This document shows, in pieces, positions 13,656-27,250 of a stretch of 64,000 bases of DNA. The notes below the pieces were generated by a model, which saw only the letters and a list, made by a program, of their open reading frames with translations, was not told where the DNA came from and made no database searches. Each line of letters starts with the position of its first letter. Position 1 is the first letter of the stretch. The translations under genes and the position numbers were made by a program. The stretch covers positions 1 to 64,000 of the forward strand of contig NIVC01001846.1 of the NCBI GenBank assembly GCA_002269645.1, in the 5' to 3' direction. The stretch comes from Macrostomum lignano. Taxonomy: Eukaryota.

Positions 13656-14687
13656 TTACACAATGTGCAGCCTGAAGTGCCTCTTCAGATGGCTGCCTTG
13701 ATTGAATCTCCTGCCACACACATTGCACTTAAATGGCTTTTCTCCTGTGTGCACCAATGAGTGCGTAGTCAGGTGAACTTTCTGTTTGAATTGCTTGCCG
13801 CACACCTTGCACTCAAATGGCTTTTCTCCTGTGTGCAGACTTGAGTGGGAAGAGAGATTGCTTGCTTGATTGAATCTTTTGCCGCAAACCTTGCACTCGA
13901 AAGGCTTTTCTCCTGTGTGAAGCCTAGAGTGCTTAGTGAGGCTGCTGCTGTCACTAAATCTCTTGCCGCACACCTTGCACTCAAATGGCTTTTCTCCTGT
14001 GTGCAGCCTTGAGTGGGAAGAGAGGCCCCATGCTTGACCGAATCTCTTGCCGCACACCTTGCACTCGAATGGCTTTTCTCCTGTGTGCACTCTAGAGTGT
14101 GTATTGAGGTCGCTGCTGAAACCGAATCTCTTGCCGCACACCTTGCACTTGTGCGGTTTCGCCTTCTTGTGCACTGCACTAATGTGAGCCTTTAAGTAGC
14201 TTTTTCTGGTGAACTTCTTCTGGCAAGTGTTGCACTGGAACGCCCTCTCGACAGCCTGAGCTTGACGTTGCCGTGTTGCAGCATTGTTCAAAGCTCGGGT
14301 CTTCTCGGCTGACTCGCACTCCGGACTCTTCGTCACTGCAGAACTGCCGGCTGCACACGGCTGCATCGCTGACTCATTGCGAGACTCGACCTGCTCGACC
14401 GCCGCCGCTCTGCCAGCTTCTGAGTTGGTCGCAGCCGCCTCCTCTGGCTCCGAGTCGCAGCCGATACCGTGTGACCGCACATGACGCAAGTACTGCGCCG
14501 CTGCCGATCGGGTGCGGCAGAACCGCCTGGGACAAAAGGGGCAGGCGACAGAGCCCGGGCGCATCTCTGAGAAACTGTGGGGCTGCGATCTGTGCGGAGA
14601 TGCCGATGCTCGAAGCCAGTCTCTGCCTGAGCTGCAATGTGGAGCGGTAGGGACTTCGTCACTTTGTGATCCGGAAATGAAAGACAT
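13656..14687 (-). CDS. ZF4: intact C2H2 zinc-finger protein, 343 aa (N-terminal region, leader finger, 6 fingers)
   Basis: Uninterrupted ORF from ATG 14687; all Cys/His ligands present; ends HFRLHIV*. Confidence 0.92.
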   Translation of the reverse strand: MSFISGSQSDEVPTAPHCSSGRDWLRASASPHRSQPHSFSEMRPGSVACPFCPRRFCRTRSAAAQYLRHVRSHGIGCDSEPEEAAATNSEAGRAAAVEQVESRNESAMQPCAAGSSAVTKSPECESAEKTRALNNAATRQRQAQAVERAFQCNTCQKKFTRKSYLKAHISAVHKKAKPHKCKVCGKRFGFSSDLNTHSRVHTGEKPFECKVCGKRFGQAWGLSSHSRLHTGEKPFECKVCGKRFSDSSSLTKHSRLHTGEKPFECKVCGKRFNQASNLSSHSSLHTGEKPFECKVCGKQFKQKVHLTTHSLVHTGEKPFKCNVCGRRFNQGSHLKRHFRLHIV

Positions 14688-14799
14688 CAAAGGAAGTGAA
14701 CTACACTTATAGCTAGCCTTCCTTCAACTGAAAAACAAGGGCGTCACTGTCTTGAGGGAACCTGCGGGAGTCGCCCTTGACTGAAGGAATTTCTGAGGC

Positions 14800-15400
14800 A
14801 TTTAGCGGATTGAAGCCGTCTGCAGAAAATTGGACATGAAAGACGAGAAGGTTGACGTAGTCTTACTCAAGATTGACTTTTTAATCCTCATGGCGGTAGC
14901 CGCGTATGACAAATTAGGGAACTTCTTGGTCACTCCGGTGAAGTTAGAGGTCAACGCATTCGAGAATCTAGAGGATGAAATCAAGTAGTTTGTCACCTCA
15001 CAAAAACTTGTGCCTGAGCGTCACAGGTTTGACGAAGCGAAGCAAGACGAGTACCCATAAGCATATTTTGAGAACCGACTGCGAGACTGCGACAGATATG
15101 GCATTTGAATACATTCTGCAAGAAGCTCTAAGAGACCAGTTTGTAGCCGGACTGTGCAATGCCTCCGTGGTGAAAGAACTGGTTATTAAAGACCCGTTAA
15201 CATTGATACTTGCGGTGGAGACTGCTGCAGCGCAAAAGCAAGTCAGTAAGAGTGCCTTGACATCAAGGAAAGTTGGAAGCAGTCAATTTAACAAAGGACA
15301 AAATGCGACATCAAAGTAGTGCTCAAGGCCAAATGCGCATTTCGGGCAAGGCGTGCAGTTTTTTAATGAAGAAGCATCTGCCAGAGTCATGCCTGGCATG
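14800..15400 (+). pseudogene. Degenerate Ty3/Gypsy gag remnant (copy 1)
   Basis: Fragments ERHRFDEAKQ and EALRDQFVAGL...LTLILAVETA resemble the Gypsy gag consensus; several stops and frameshifts. Confidence 0.6.
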
Positions 15401-15707
15401 TGGAGCCAAGTGTCGAAACTGTGAGAGAATTACTTGAAGGACTTGGGAGCTGAGCATGCATAAGTGCCTCTGAGAAATGTTTTACACAACAGCAATCGCA
15501 TTTACCACTCTATAGTTTACGAGTATTCGGCAGGTGAAATTTAAATAAGAGAATGGCTGTGTTTGGAACACTATCAAAACAATTTCATTTTTTACTAAGT
15601 TATCTAATAATTAAAAATCATCTAAAAAGGTAAATTCTAAAAAAGTTCAATGGTTCAAAGTTCTAAAAAAGTGGCAGGGTGACTGGTAGAGTGGCAGTGG
15701 AGTCCTA

Positions 15708-16058
15708 GGGTGGCTAAGGAGAGTCTTAGGGTGGGTTGGGTGAGTAAAAGGGTGGCTAGGAAGAGTCTTAGGGTGGGTTGGGTGAGTAAAAGGGTGGCTA
15801 GGGAGAGTCTTAGGGTGGGTTTGGTGAGTAAAAGGGTGGCTAGGGAGAGTCTTAGGGTGGGTTGGGTGAATAAAAGGGTGGCTAGGGAGTGTCTTAGGGT
15901 GGGTTTGGTGAGTAAAAGGGTGGCTAGGGAGTGTCTTAGGGTGGGTTGGGTGAGTGATAGGGTGGCTAGGGAGAGTCTTAGGGTGGGTTGGGTGAGTGAT
16001 AGGGTGGCTAGGGAGAGTCTTAGGGTGGTTTGGGTGAGTGATAGGGTGGCTAGGGAGA
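15708..16058. repeat. 42-bp G-rich minisatellite, second locus (~8 copies)
   Basis: Same unit family as 1-788, followed by the same flank GAGACAGCTGCATTCCACAGTTTACCTGTG. Confidence 0.95.
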
Positions 16059-17204
16059 GGAGACAGCTGCATTCCACAGTTTACCTGTGAAGAAACTGGG
16101 GTCGGTCCGGGTGCCCAACCCAAGTACTATAAAAAAAGTAGGAAAAGGCGTAGTGACGCTTTGTGATACAGTAGCTCGATCTGGCGTGAAGAAGTTCAGA
16201 AGTTGCGTTGCTACCATTATTGTTGTGACACTCGCTGGTTCTTATAAAGTGCCTACCGTAAGATATAGTATAGGATATTGGTGAGTAACGAGTATATGAC
16301 TCACGTGTGTACTCTGTACAAGCAACTGGCAAAATATACGGAACTCCTGACATATCAAGCTATCAACCCTAAACTATTGCTGCTGGTATCTTTTATACCG
16401 CAGTGTCAACTAATTTTACCGGACTTTGATCGGTGCTTCGGTCAACTCAAGAAAGTTAAATTTACCTCTAAGATGCGCACAATAAAAGCTGCAAAGCGAG
16501 CCAATCGAAACGGCGCAAGCAGTGTGAGACTCTCCTGCCCTGACAGACCCCGAGGGCCCATGCACTACACGTGGTTTGTTAAAATTAATATAAAAAATCA
16601 ACAAATCCAGGCAAACATTAAAAAATAACAAGTGAAGATTGCAATGCCGCAATTGTAATTCAAAAATACATGAAGAAAAGCAAGTTTTGAGATCAAATTT
16701 TAGCTTGGCGTTTACAAAACTCAATCGCGGAGACACTATAATAACAATCATTACAGAAATTCTTGTAGAAGTTAAAATAAGTCAAACGTAAAATATGGGT
16801 GCTGACTCGCTGAGTAATACAGAAAACAAAGAAATACTCTTAAGATGCAAACAACAAATTGAAACCTTTGGCAGCAACAAGAAAGTGAAACACTTTCCTG
16901 TCTAGAATGTCCTGTGAATGTCATGTGTCCCGTTAATGTCCTGTCTAGCAGTACAGTCAATAAAGGTGCTTAATTAAAAGAGAAGATGCTTCAAACCAAT
17001 CAGTGGCTACTCAGACTGACCAACTGACCATTGGTTCAGCTACGGTATGCATTACTTTTGGACAATTCAAGGATGATCATTAAAATTTACAGACAAAAAA
17101 GGCTGTTAATGGATTGCCAGTGACTTAAAAACGCGTGGCGAACACTCAGAACTCTGACTCGGTAGTTCACTTCTGCAGTCAAGGAGGGCAAAGTTTAATA
17201 TTCG

Positions 17205-18790
17205 TTACACAATGTGCCGATTAGCGTGCGTTTTTAGATGGCTGCCTTGATTAAATCGCTTGCCGCACACCTTGCACTCAAATGGTTTTTTCTCCTGTGT
17301 GCACTCTAGAGTGAGTAGTGAGGTTGGAGATCTGGTTGAATCTCTTGCCGCACACCTTGCACTCAAATGGTTTTTCTCCTGTGTGCACTCTAGAGTGAGT
17401 AGTGAGGTTGGAGATCTGCTTGAATCTCTTGCCGCACACCTTGCACTCAAATGGTTTTTCTCCTGTGTGCACTCTAGAGTGAGTAGTGAGGTTGGAGATC
17501 TGCTTGAATCTCTTGCCGCACACCTTGCACTCGAATGGCTTTTCTCCTGTGTGAAGCCTAGAGTGCTTAGTAAGGCTGCTACTGTCACAAAATCTCTTGC
17601 CGCACACCTTGCACTCAAATGGCTTTTCTCCTGTGTGCAGCCTTGAGTGGGAAGAGAGATTGCTTGTTTGATTGAATCTTTTGCCGCAAACCTTGCACTC
17701 GAAAGGCTTTTCTCCTGTGTGAAGCCTAGAGTGCTTAGTGAGGCTGCTGCTGTCACTAAATCTCTTGCCGCACACCTTGCACTCAAATGGCTTTTCTCCT
17801 GTGTGCAGCCTTGAGTGGGAAGAGAGGCCCCATGCTTGACCGAATCTCTTGCCGCACACCTTGCACTCGAATGGCTTTTCTTCTGTGTGAAGCCTAGAGT
17901 GCTTAGTGAGGCTGCTACTGACACTAAATCTCTTGCCGCACACATTGCACTCAAATGGCTTTTCTCCTGTGTGCAGACTTGAGTGGGAAGAGAGATTGCT
18001 TGCTTGATTGAATCTTTTGCCGCAAACCTTGCACTCGAAAGGCTTTTCTCCTGTGTGAAGCCTAGAGTGCTTAGTGAGGCTGCTGCTGTCACTAAATCTC
18101 TTGCCGCACACCTTGCACTCAAATGGCTTTTCTCCTGTGTGCAGCCTTGAGTGGGAAGAGAGGCCCCATGCTTGACCGAATCTCTTGCCGCACACCTTGC
18201 ACTCGAATGGCTTTTCTCCTGTGTGCACTCTAGAGTGTGTATTGAGGTCGCTGCTGAAACCGAATCTCTTGCCGCACACCTTGCACTTGTGCGGTTTCGC
18301 CTTCTTGTGCACTGCACTAATGTGAGCTTTGAGGTGGCTTTTTCTGGTGAACTTCTTCTGGCAAGTTTTGCACTGGAACGCCCTCTCGACAGCCTGAGCT
18401 TGACGTTGCCGTGTTGCAGCACTGTTCAAAGCTCGGGTCTTCCCGGCTGACTCGCACTCCGGACTCTTCGTCACTGCAGAACTGCCGTCTGCACACGGCT
18501 GCATCGCTGACTCATTGCGAGACTCGACCTGCTCGACCGCCGCCGCTCTGCCAGCTTCTGAGTTGGTCGCAGCCGCCTCCTCTGGCTCCGAGTCGCAGCC
18601 CATTCCGTGTGACCGCACATGACGCAAGTACTGCGCCGCTGCCGATCGGGTGCGGCAGAACCGCCTGGGACAAAAGGGGCAGGCGACAGAGCCCCGGCGC
18701 ATCTCTGAGAAACTGTGGGGCTGCGATCTGTGCGGAGATGCCGATGCTCGAAGCCAGTCTCTGCCGGAGCTGCAATGTGGAGCAGTAGAC
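17205..18790 (-). CDS. ZF5: longest paralog (leader plus 13 fingers); 5' end replaced, 1-nt frameshift before last finger
   Basis: ORF 17278-18702. T6 instead of T5 at 17286-17291 shifts off the terminal finger NQGSHLKTHANRHIV. Homology to paralogs stops at ~18787, so the first ~13 codons are absent. Confidence 0.7.
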
Positions 18791-19965
18791 TATCTTAATC
18801 ACTTGTCGGATCCGTTTGTAATCTGGGATTGAAAACATCAAAAAGAACTAAACTACATGTATGCTTTCTGATTTTGAGAACATAAAGACGATAGCTGGGT
18901 TACATCAACAAATAAATAGCCTAACTTTATATAAACATCTATGAAAGTGATACATGTAAATATAGAATGCATGCTATACTTGAATTTGCGACAGTCAATT
19001 TTCGATGAAGATTCAAGCGTGTGAAAATCTTGCTGCTAATCGAGAATGTGCCCGGGTACATCTGCTGTACCGATAAGAAATCCTTGGCACTCGTCAGGAG
19101 GGCCTGGCATTGCACTCTTACTCCTTTCAGCCGCGTCTACACCAAACTCACCCAGTTACATCCCTTCCCATTCTGTTTGAAGGGTCCCTCTGCTGCATTC
19201 CAAATGCTGTCTACCCGTTTCAGACGGCTCGGGAAATTAAAAAGGAGAACCCACTGCCCTAGACCTGGGAGCTTAGCATGAATGCATTCAAGCAAAGCAA
19301 AAAAGTGAAATTCCAACTCCATAGCTTATTTTACTAATGAAACTAATGAACAAGAGGATTATGAAGGCAAATTCATTCTATAATAATAAGATTGTGCAGT
19401 CATCAGTGTAAGAGGCAACAGTGTGCTGAAGGGCAGTCATGGAAACGGTAATTTGGCTTAACCTGTTGACTGTCTTGGCAGCCATTAAAACCTACATTCT
19501 AGCTGCAACTCAACTCAACTTTTTTCCAAAGGACTCTGCGGCACGGCTCAGAGGTTCTCTCTGTCTCGCTGCCGCTCTGCTGCCCGGCTCGATGCCCTGA
19601 CAGCTGAGCAATCATGCCAATGACAACAGCTGCATTCGACATTTTACGTGGCCTATTAAAATCTCTATATCAAAACAATAATACAAACATCAAGACAAAT
19701 ATTAAAACAAAACAAAGACTTCAATGCCACCGGTATAATTTATAAAAACAGCAAACATCAACTTCCTTTGGCAGCAACAGCTCATCAGTGCAACAACTTC
19801 CTAATGCATTCTTCAGAAAAATTTAACAAAAATCATTAATACAAAGAACAAAAAGTTGTTAAGAGACTGCGAATAAATTGAAAACGCGTGGAGCACAGGA
19901 AGAACAAATATCCGGAGTCTATTTCAGCGATCACATAACACGAAACTGAATATTCTCTACAAAAC

Positions 19966-21156
19966 CTACTGCTTGGAGTGCCTCTTCAGTATGCTGGCTT
20001 TATTTAGTATCTTGCTGCACACCTTGCACTCAAATGGCTTTCCTCCTGTATGCAGTCTTGAGTGAGAAGTGAGGTTGCTGCGGTGACGAAATCTCTTGCC
20101 GCACACCTTGCAATCAAATGGCTTTTCTCCTGTGTGCAGCATTGAGTGCTTAGTGAGGCTGTAACCGTACCTCAATCTCTTGCCGCACACCTTGCACTAA
20201 AATGGCTTTTCTCCTGTGTGCACCCTGCAGTGTGCAGTGAGGTTGCTCCTACGACGAAATCTCTTGCCGCACACTTTTTACTCAAATGGCTTTTCTCCTG
20301 TGTGCACTCTAGAGTGTGTAGTGAGGTTGACGATCTGGTTGAATCTCTTGCCGCACACCTTGCACTCAAATGGCTTTTCTCCTGTGTGCACCCTGCAGTG
20401 TGCAGTGAGGTTGCTCCTACGACGAAATCTCTTGCCGCACACTTTGCACTCAAATGGCTTTTCTCCTGTGTGCAGCATTGAGTGCCTGGAGAGGCTGCAG
20501 TTGTCATTGAATCTCTTGCCGCACACATTGCACTCAAATGGCCTTTCTCCTGTGTGCACTCTAGAGTGAGTAGTGAAGTTGCTGCTGCGACTGAATCTCT
20601 TGCCGCACACCTTGCACTTGTGCGGTTTCACCTTCATGTGCACTGCACTAATGTGAGCCTTTAGGTAGCTTTTTCTGGTGAACTTCTTCTGGCAAGTGTC
20701 GCACTGGAACGCCCTCTTGACACCCTGAGCTTGACGTTGCCGTGTTGCAGCACTCTTTGAAGCCCGGGTGTTCCCGAATGTCTCGAACTCGTGACGCTTC
20801 GTCACTGCAGAACTGCCGTCTGCACACGGCTGCATCGCTGACTCATTGCGAGACTCGACCTGCTCGACCGCCGCCGCTCTGCCAGCTTCTGAGTTGGTCG
20901 CAGCCGCCTCCTCTGGCTCCGAGTCGCAGCCCATTCCGTGTGACCGCACATGACGCAAGTACTGCGCCGCTGCCGATCGGGTGCGGCAGAACCGCCTGGG
21001 ACAAAAGGGGCAGGCGACAGAGCCCCGGCGCATCTCTGAGAAACTGTGGGGCTGAGATCTGTGCGGAGATGCCGATGCTCGAAGCCCGTCTCTGCCTGAG
21101 CTGCAATGCGGAGCGGTAGGGACTTCGTCACTTTGTGATCCGGAATGGAAAGACAT
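19966..21156 (-). pseudogene. ZF6: zinc-finger gene with two premature stops (292-aa product; leader plus 8 fingers if read through)
   Basis: ATG 21156; TAA at 20278-20280 (PFE*K) and TAG at 20197-20199 (PF*CK); fingers continue to 19966. Confidence 0.8.
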
Positions 21157-21720
21157 CTAAAGGAAATGAACATCCCCAATATCGAAAACATAAAGACAAT
21201 TTCTGGGTTATATTGACTAATAAAAAGCATAATTTTCTATTTTATGAAAGTGATGAAAATCCCATGCATGCTTTACTTGAATTTAAGACAACCAATTGAT
21301 GATGGATTTAACCGAGTGAAAATGTTGCTGCTAAACGACATGACGTGCATGGTTAAATTTACACTGAGGAGCAATCCTTGGCTCATGAGAGATAGTGAGC
21401 CAAAGCGGGTTTTACCGGGTTTCGATTGGTGTTTTAGCTAAATCAAAATAAACAGTTTTTTATTTAATTATCGCTAGACTGCCTGGCAGGACCCATTGAT
21501 TTCTGCCACTTGTACTGCAACTTTGCGCGACTGAACAATTTAAGGTGGATGCGCAAACCCGGAGCGAAATACTAAAAAGCCGTAACAAAAAAGGTGGGTA
21601 GGCGGCCCCACCGGCTAAGACGAGCAAAGCTCAAAGGCCAGCCAATCGAAACGGTACAAGAAGCAGTGTGAGACTCTGCTGCCCTGACAGACCCCCAAGG
21701 ACACATGCACTACACGTGGA
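21157..21720 (-). promoter_or_regulatory. Putative ZF6 promoter, non-coding exon 1 and intron 1
   Basis: CCAAT at 21642-21646, TCAGTC at 21529-21534 (minus), donor-like CCG/GTAAAA at 21415, and pyrimidine tract plus TAG directly before ATG 21156. Donor-like motif present in 5 of 6 homologous flanks. Confidence 0.4.
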
Positions 21721-21888
21721 TTGTTAAAATTAATATAGAAAATCAACACAACGAGACAAACGTAAAAAACAATAAGTAAAAATTGCAATGCCACCAGTGT
21801 AATTGAAAAAATACACGAAGAATAGCAGTTTTGAAATCAAATATTTGCCTCGCATTTACAAAACTGCATTATGCTTAAAACATTCTGA

Positions 21889-22828
<940 letters not shown>

Positions 22829-23289
22829 TAGCTGAGTCTTACGTAAAAAAAAAGAGATTAGACAGTAATTTTTAATGGACATTTTACTGGGTGAAAGGTT
22901 ATTGCTAAACGGCAATGTGACCGGGTACATCTGCATTGATGAGCAATCCTTGGCCCCCGGTTAAGAAGGCCGGCAGTGCACTTTTACCTCTCCCCGCCAC
23001 GTCTACCCCAAACTGACCCAGTTGCACCGCCTCATTTTTCTGTCTGTATCATCTTGCTGCGTTCCTAATTCTGCGTGCTTATTTGAGACGGTTTGGGAAA
23101 TTAAACAAAACGGCGCGTTTTAAGCTGCCGAGTGTCAATGTACATCATCATTTAGAATTGCTAGCTGAGCAGCACGATCGTGAAACTTCTGTCTGTTTGG
23201 CTCTGGACGAACTGAAAAAAACAAGGGCGTCACTGTCTTGAGGGAACCTGCGGGAGTCGCCCTGGACTGAAGGAATTTCTGAGGCATTT

Positions 23290-23890
23290 AGCGGATTGAA
23301 GCCGTCTGCAGAAAATTGGACATGAAAGACGAGAAGGTTGACGTAGTCTTACTCAAGATTGACTTTTTAATCCTCATGGCGGTAGCCGCGTATGACAAAT
23401 TAGGGAACTTCTTGGTCACTCCGGTGAAGTTAGAGGTCAACGCATTCGAGAATCTAGAGGATGAAATCAAGTAGTTTGTCACCTCACAAAAACTTGTGCC
23501 TGAGCGTCACAGGTTTGACGAAGCGAAGCAAGACGAGTACCCATAAGCATATTTTGAGAACCGACTGCGAGACTGCGACAGATATGGCATTTGAATACAT
23601 TCTGCAAGAAGCTCTAAGAGACCAGTTTGTAGCCGGACTGTGCAATGCCTCCGTGGTGAAAGAACTGGTTATTAAAGACCCGTTAACATTGATACTTGCG
23701 GTGGAGACTGCTGCAGCGCAAAAGCAAGTCAGTAAGAGTGCCTTGACATCAAGGAAAGTTGGAAGCAGTCAATTTAACAAAGGACAAAATGCGACATCAA
23801 AGTAGTGCTCAAGGCCAAATGCGCATTTCGGGCAAGGCGTGCAGTTTTTTAATGAAGAAGCATCTGCCAGAGTCATGCCTGGCATGTGGA
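23290..23890 (+). pseudogene. Degenerate Ty3/Gypsy gag remnant (copy 2)
   Basis: Identical ORF-track peptides to 14800-15400. Confidence 0.6.
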
Positions 23891-24237
23891 GCCAAGTGTC
23901 GAAACTGTGAGAGAATTACTTGAAGGACTTGGGAGCTGAGCATGCATAAGTGCCTCTGAGAAATGTTTTACACAACAGCAATCGCATTTACCACTCTATA
24001 GTTTACGAGTATTCGGCAGGTGAAATTTAAATAAGAGAATGGCTGTGTTTGGAACACTATCAAAACAATTTCATTTTTTACTAAGTTATCTAATAATTAA
24101 AAATCATCTAAAAAGGTAAATTCTAAAAAAGTTCAATGGCAGAAGAAATGGGTTAAGAGAAGTTGCCGAACAGTTTGCAGGGTAGGTAGGGTGAAAATTG
24201 GAGTGGCAGGGTGACTGGTAGAGTGGCAGTGGAGTCC

Positions 24238-24462
24238 TAGGGTGGCTAAGGAGAGTCTCAGGGTGGGTTGGGTGAGTGATGGGGTGGCTAGGAAGAGTCT
24301 TAGGGTGGGTTTGGTGAGTAAAAGGGTGGCTAGGGAGTGTCTTAGGGTGGGTTGGTGAGTAAAAGGGTGGCTAGGGAGTGTCTTAGGGTGGGTTTGGTGA
24401 GTAAAAGGGTGGCTAGGGAGTGTCTTAGGGTGGGTTGGGTGAGTGATAGGGTGGCTAGGGAG
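24238..24462. repeat. 42-bp G-rich minisatellite, third locus (~5 copies)
   Basis: Same unit and flank as 15708-16058. Confidence 0.95.
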
Positions 24463-26659
24463 AGGAGACAGCTGCATTCCACAGTTTACCTGTGAAGAAA
24501 CTGGGGTCGGTCCGGGTGCCCAACCCAAGTACTATAAAAAAAGTAGGAAAAGGCGTAGTGACGCTTTGTGATACAGTAGCTCGATCTGGCGTGAAGAAGT
24601 TCAGAAGTTGCGTTGCTACCATTATTGTTGTGACACTCGCTGGTTCTTATAAAGTGCCTACCGTAAGATATAGTATAGGATATTGGTGAGTCACGAGTAT
24701 ATGACTCACGTGTGTACTCTGTTCAAGCAACTGGCAAAATATACGGAACTCCTGACATATCAAGCTATCAACCCTAAACTATTGCTGCTGGTATCTTTTA
24801 TACCGCAGTGTCAACTAATTTTACCGGACTTTGATCGGTGGTTCGGTCAACTCAAGAAAGTCAAGTTTACCTCTAAGACGCGCACAATAAAAGCTGCAAA
24901 GCGAGCCAATCGAAACGGCGCAAGCAGTGTGAGACTCTCCTGCCCTGACAGACCCCCGAGGGCCCATGCACTACACGTGGTTTGTTAAAATTAATATAAA
25001 AAATCAACAAATCCAGGCAAACATTAAAAAATAACAAGTGAAGATTGCAATGCCGCAATTGTAATTCAAAAATACATGAAGAAAAGCAAGTTTTGAGATC
25101 AAATTTTAGCTTGGCGTTTACAAAACTCAATCGCGGAGACACTATAATAACAATCATTACAGAAATTCTTGTAGAAGTTAAAATAAGTCAAACGTAAAAT
25201 ATGGGTGCTGACTCGCTGAGTAATACAGAAAACAAAGAAATACTCTTAAGATGCAAACAAAAAATTGAAACCTATAGCAGCAACAAGAAAGTGAAACACT
25301 TTCCTGTCTAGAATGTCCTGTGAATGTCATGTGTCCCGTTAATGTCCTGTCTAGCAGTACAGTCAATAAAGGTGCTTAATTAAAAGAGAAGATGCTTCAA
25401 ACCAATCAGTGGCTACTCAGACTGACCAACTGACCATTGGTTCAGCTACGGTATGCATTACTTTTGGACAATTCAAGGATGATCATTAAAATTTACAGAC
25501 AAAAAAGGCTGTTAATGGATTGCCAGTGACTTAAAAACGCGTGGCGAACACTCAGAACTCTGACTCGGTAGTTCACTTCTGCAGTCAAGGAGGGCAAAGT
25601 TTAATATTCGTTACACAATGTGCCGATTAGCGTGCGTTTTTAGATGGCTGCCTTGATTAAATCGCTTGCCGCACACCGTGCACTCAAATGGTTTTTCTCC
25701 TGTGTGCAGCCTTGAGTGAGAAGAGAGGCTGCTGCTGAAACTGAATCTCATGCCGCACACCTTGCACTCGAAAGGCTTTTCTCCTGTGTGCACCCTGGAG
25801 TGCTTAGTGAGGTTGCTGCTGTCACCAAATCTCTTGCCGCACACCTTGCACTCAAATGGTTTTTCTCCTGTGTGAAGCCTAGAGTGCTTAGTAAGGCTGC
25901 TACTGTCACAAAATCTCTTGCCGCACACCTTGCACTCAAATGGCTTTTCTCCTGTGTGAAGCCTAGAGTGCTTAGTAAGGCTGCCACTGTCACAAAATCT
26001 CTTGCCGCACACCTTGCACTCAAATGGCTTTTCTCCTGTGTGCAGACTTGAGTGGGAAGAGAGATTGCTTGCTTGATTGAATCTTTTGCCGCAAACCTTG
26101 CACTCGAAAGGCTTTTCTCCTGTGTGAAGCCTAGAGTGCTTAGTGAGGCTGCTACTGTCACAAAATCTCTTGCCGCACACCTTGCACTCAAATGGTTTTT
26201 CTCCTGTGTGAAGCCTAGAGTGCTTAGTAAGGCTGCTACTGTCACAAAATCTCTTGCCGCACACCTTGCACTCAAATGGCTTTTCTCCTGTGTGCAGCCT
26301 TGAGTGGGAAGAGAGGTTGCTGCGGCGACTGAATCTCTTGCCGCATACCTTGCACTCAAATGGCTTTTCTCGTGTGTGCAGCCTTGAGTGGGAATAGAGG
26401 CTCCATGCTTGACTGAATCTCTTGCCGCACACCTTGCACTTGTGCGGTTTCGCCTTCTTGTGCACTGCACTAATGTGAGCCTTTAAGTAGCTTTTTCTGG
26501 TGAACTTCTTCTGGCAAGTGTTGCACTGCCCGGGAAAAAAAAACATGCTAAACTTTCCAAGTCAACCATGTACTTGGATGAAATTGTTGACTTACCAAGT
26601 TTGCAAAGTATCATTGTCATGTACTTAAAAAGTATGCAATGTTTTTACCCAACTTCAAT

Positions 26660-27250
26660 CGACTTTCCAAGTTTGCAAAGTACACTTCCGATGTCTACAT
26701 CTAAGTACTTAGAAAGTATCCAAAGTAGAGCCTACTTGGTTCGACTTTCCAAGTTTGCAAAGTACACTTCCGATGTCTACATCCAAGTACTTAGAAAGTA
26801 TCCAAAGTAGAGCCTACTTGGTTCGACTTTCCAAGTTTGCAAAGTACACTTCCGATGTCTACATCCAAGTACTTAGAAAGTATCCAAAGTAGAGCCTACT
26901 TGGTTCGACTTTCCAAGTTTGCAAAGTACACTTCCGATGTCTACATCCAAGTACTTAGAAAGTATCCAAAGTAGAGCCTACTTGGTTCGACTTTCCAAGT
27001 TTGCAAAGTACACTTCCAATGTCTACATCCAAGTACTTAGAAAGTATCCAAAGTAGAGCCTATACTTGGTTCGACTTTACAAGTTTGCAAAGTACACTTC
27101 CGATGTCTACATCCAAGTACTTAGAAAGTATCCAAAGTAGAGCCTACTTGGTTCGACTTTCCAAGTTTGCAAAGTACACTTCCGATGTCTACATCCAAGT
27201 ACTTGGAAAGTATCCAAAGTAGAGCCTACTTGGTTGACTTTCCAAGTTTG
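26660..27250. repeat. 82-bp subterminal tandem repeat (~7 copies)
   Basis: CAAAGTAGAG recurs at 26721, 26803 and 26885. Confidence 0.93.

Larger units (their letters stand above)
14650..17330. other. Segmental duplication copy A (partner ~22760-25730)
   Basis: 14726-15650 matches 23212-24136 and 16058-17270 matches 24465-25670 almost base for base. Copy B has ~380 extra bp at 22834-23212. Confidence 0.92.

Noticed and set aside
17205-18422. Long same-strand alternative-frame ORFs ([15 protein letters not shown]), e.g. 405 aa
   Set aside because: Shifted frame of the homogenised finger repeat; in ZF5 it picks up the true C-terminus only because of the T6 frameshift.
26660-27250. CRISPR-like appearance of regular repeats here and at 41950, 51595 and 55905
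   Set aside because: No unique spacers, no cas genes, eukaryotic context.
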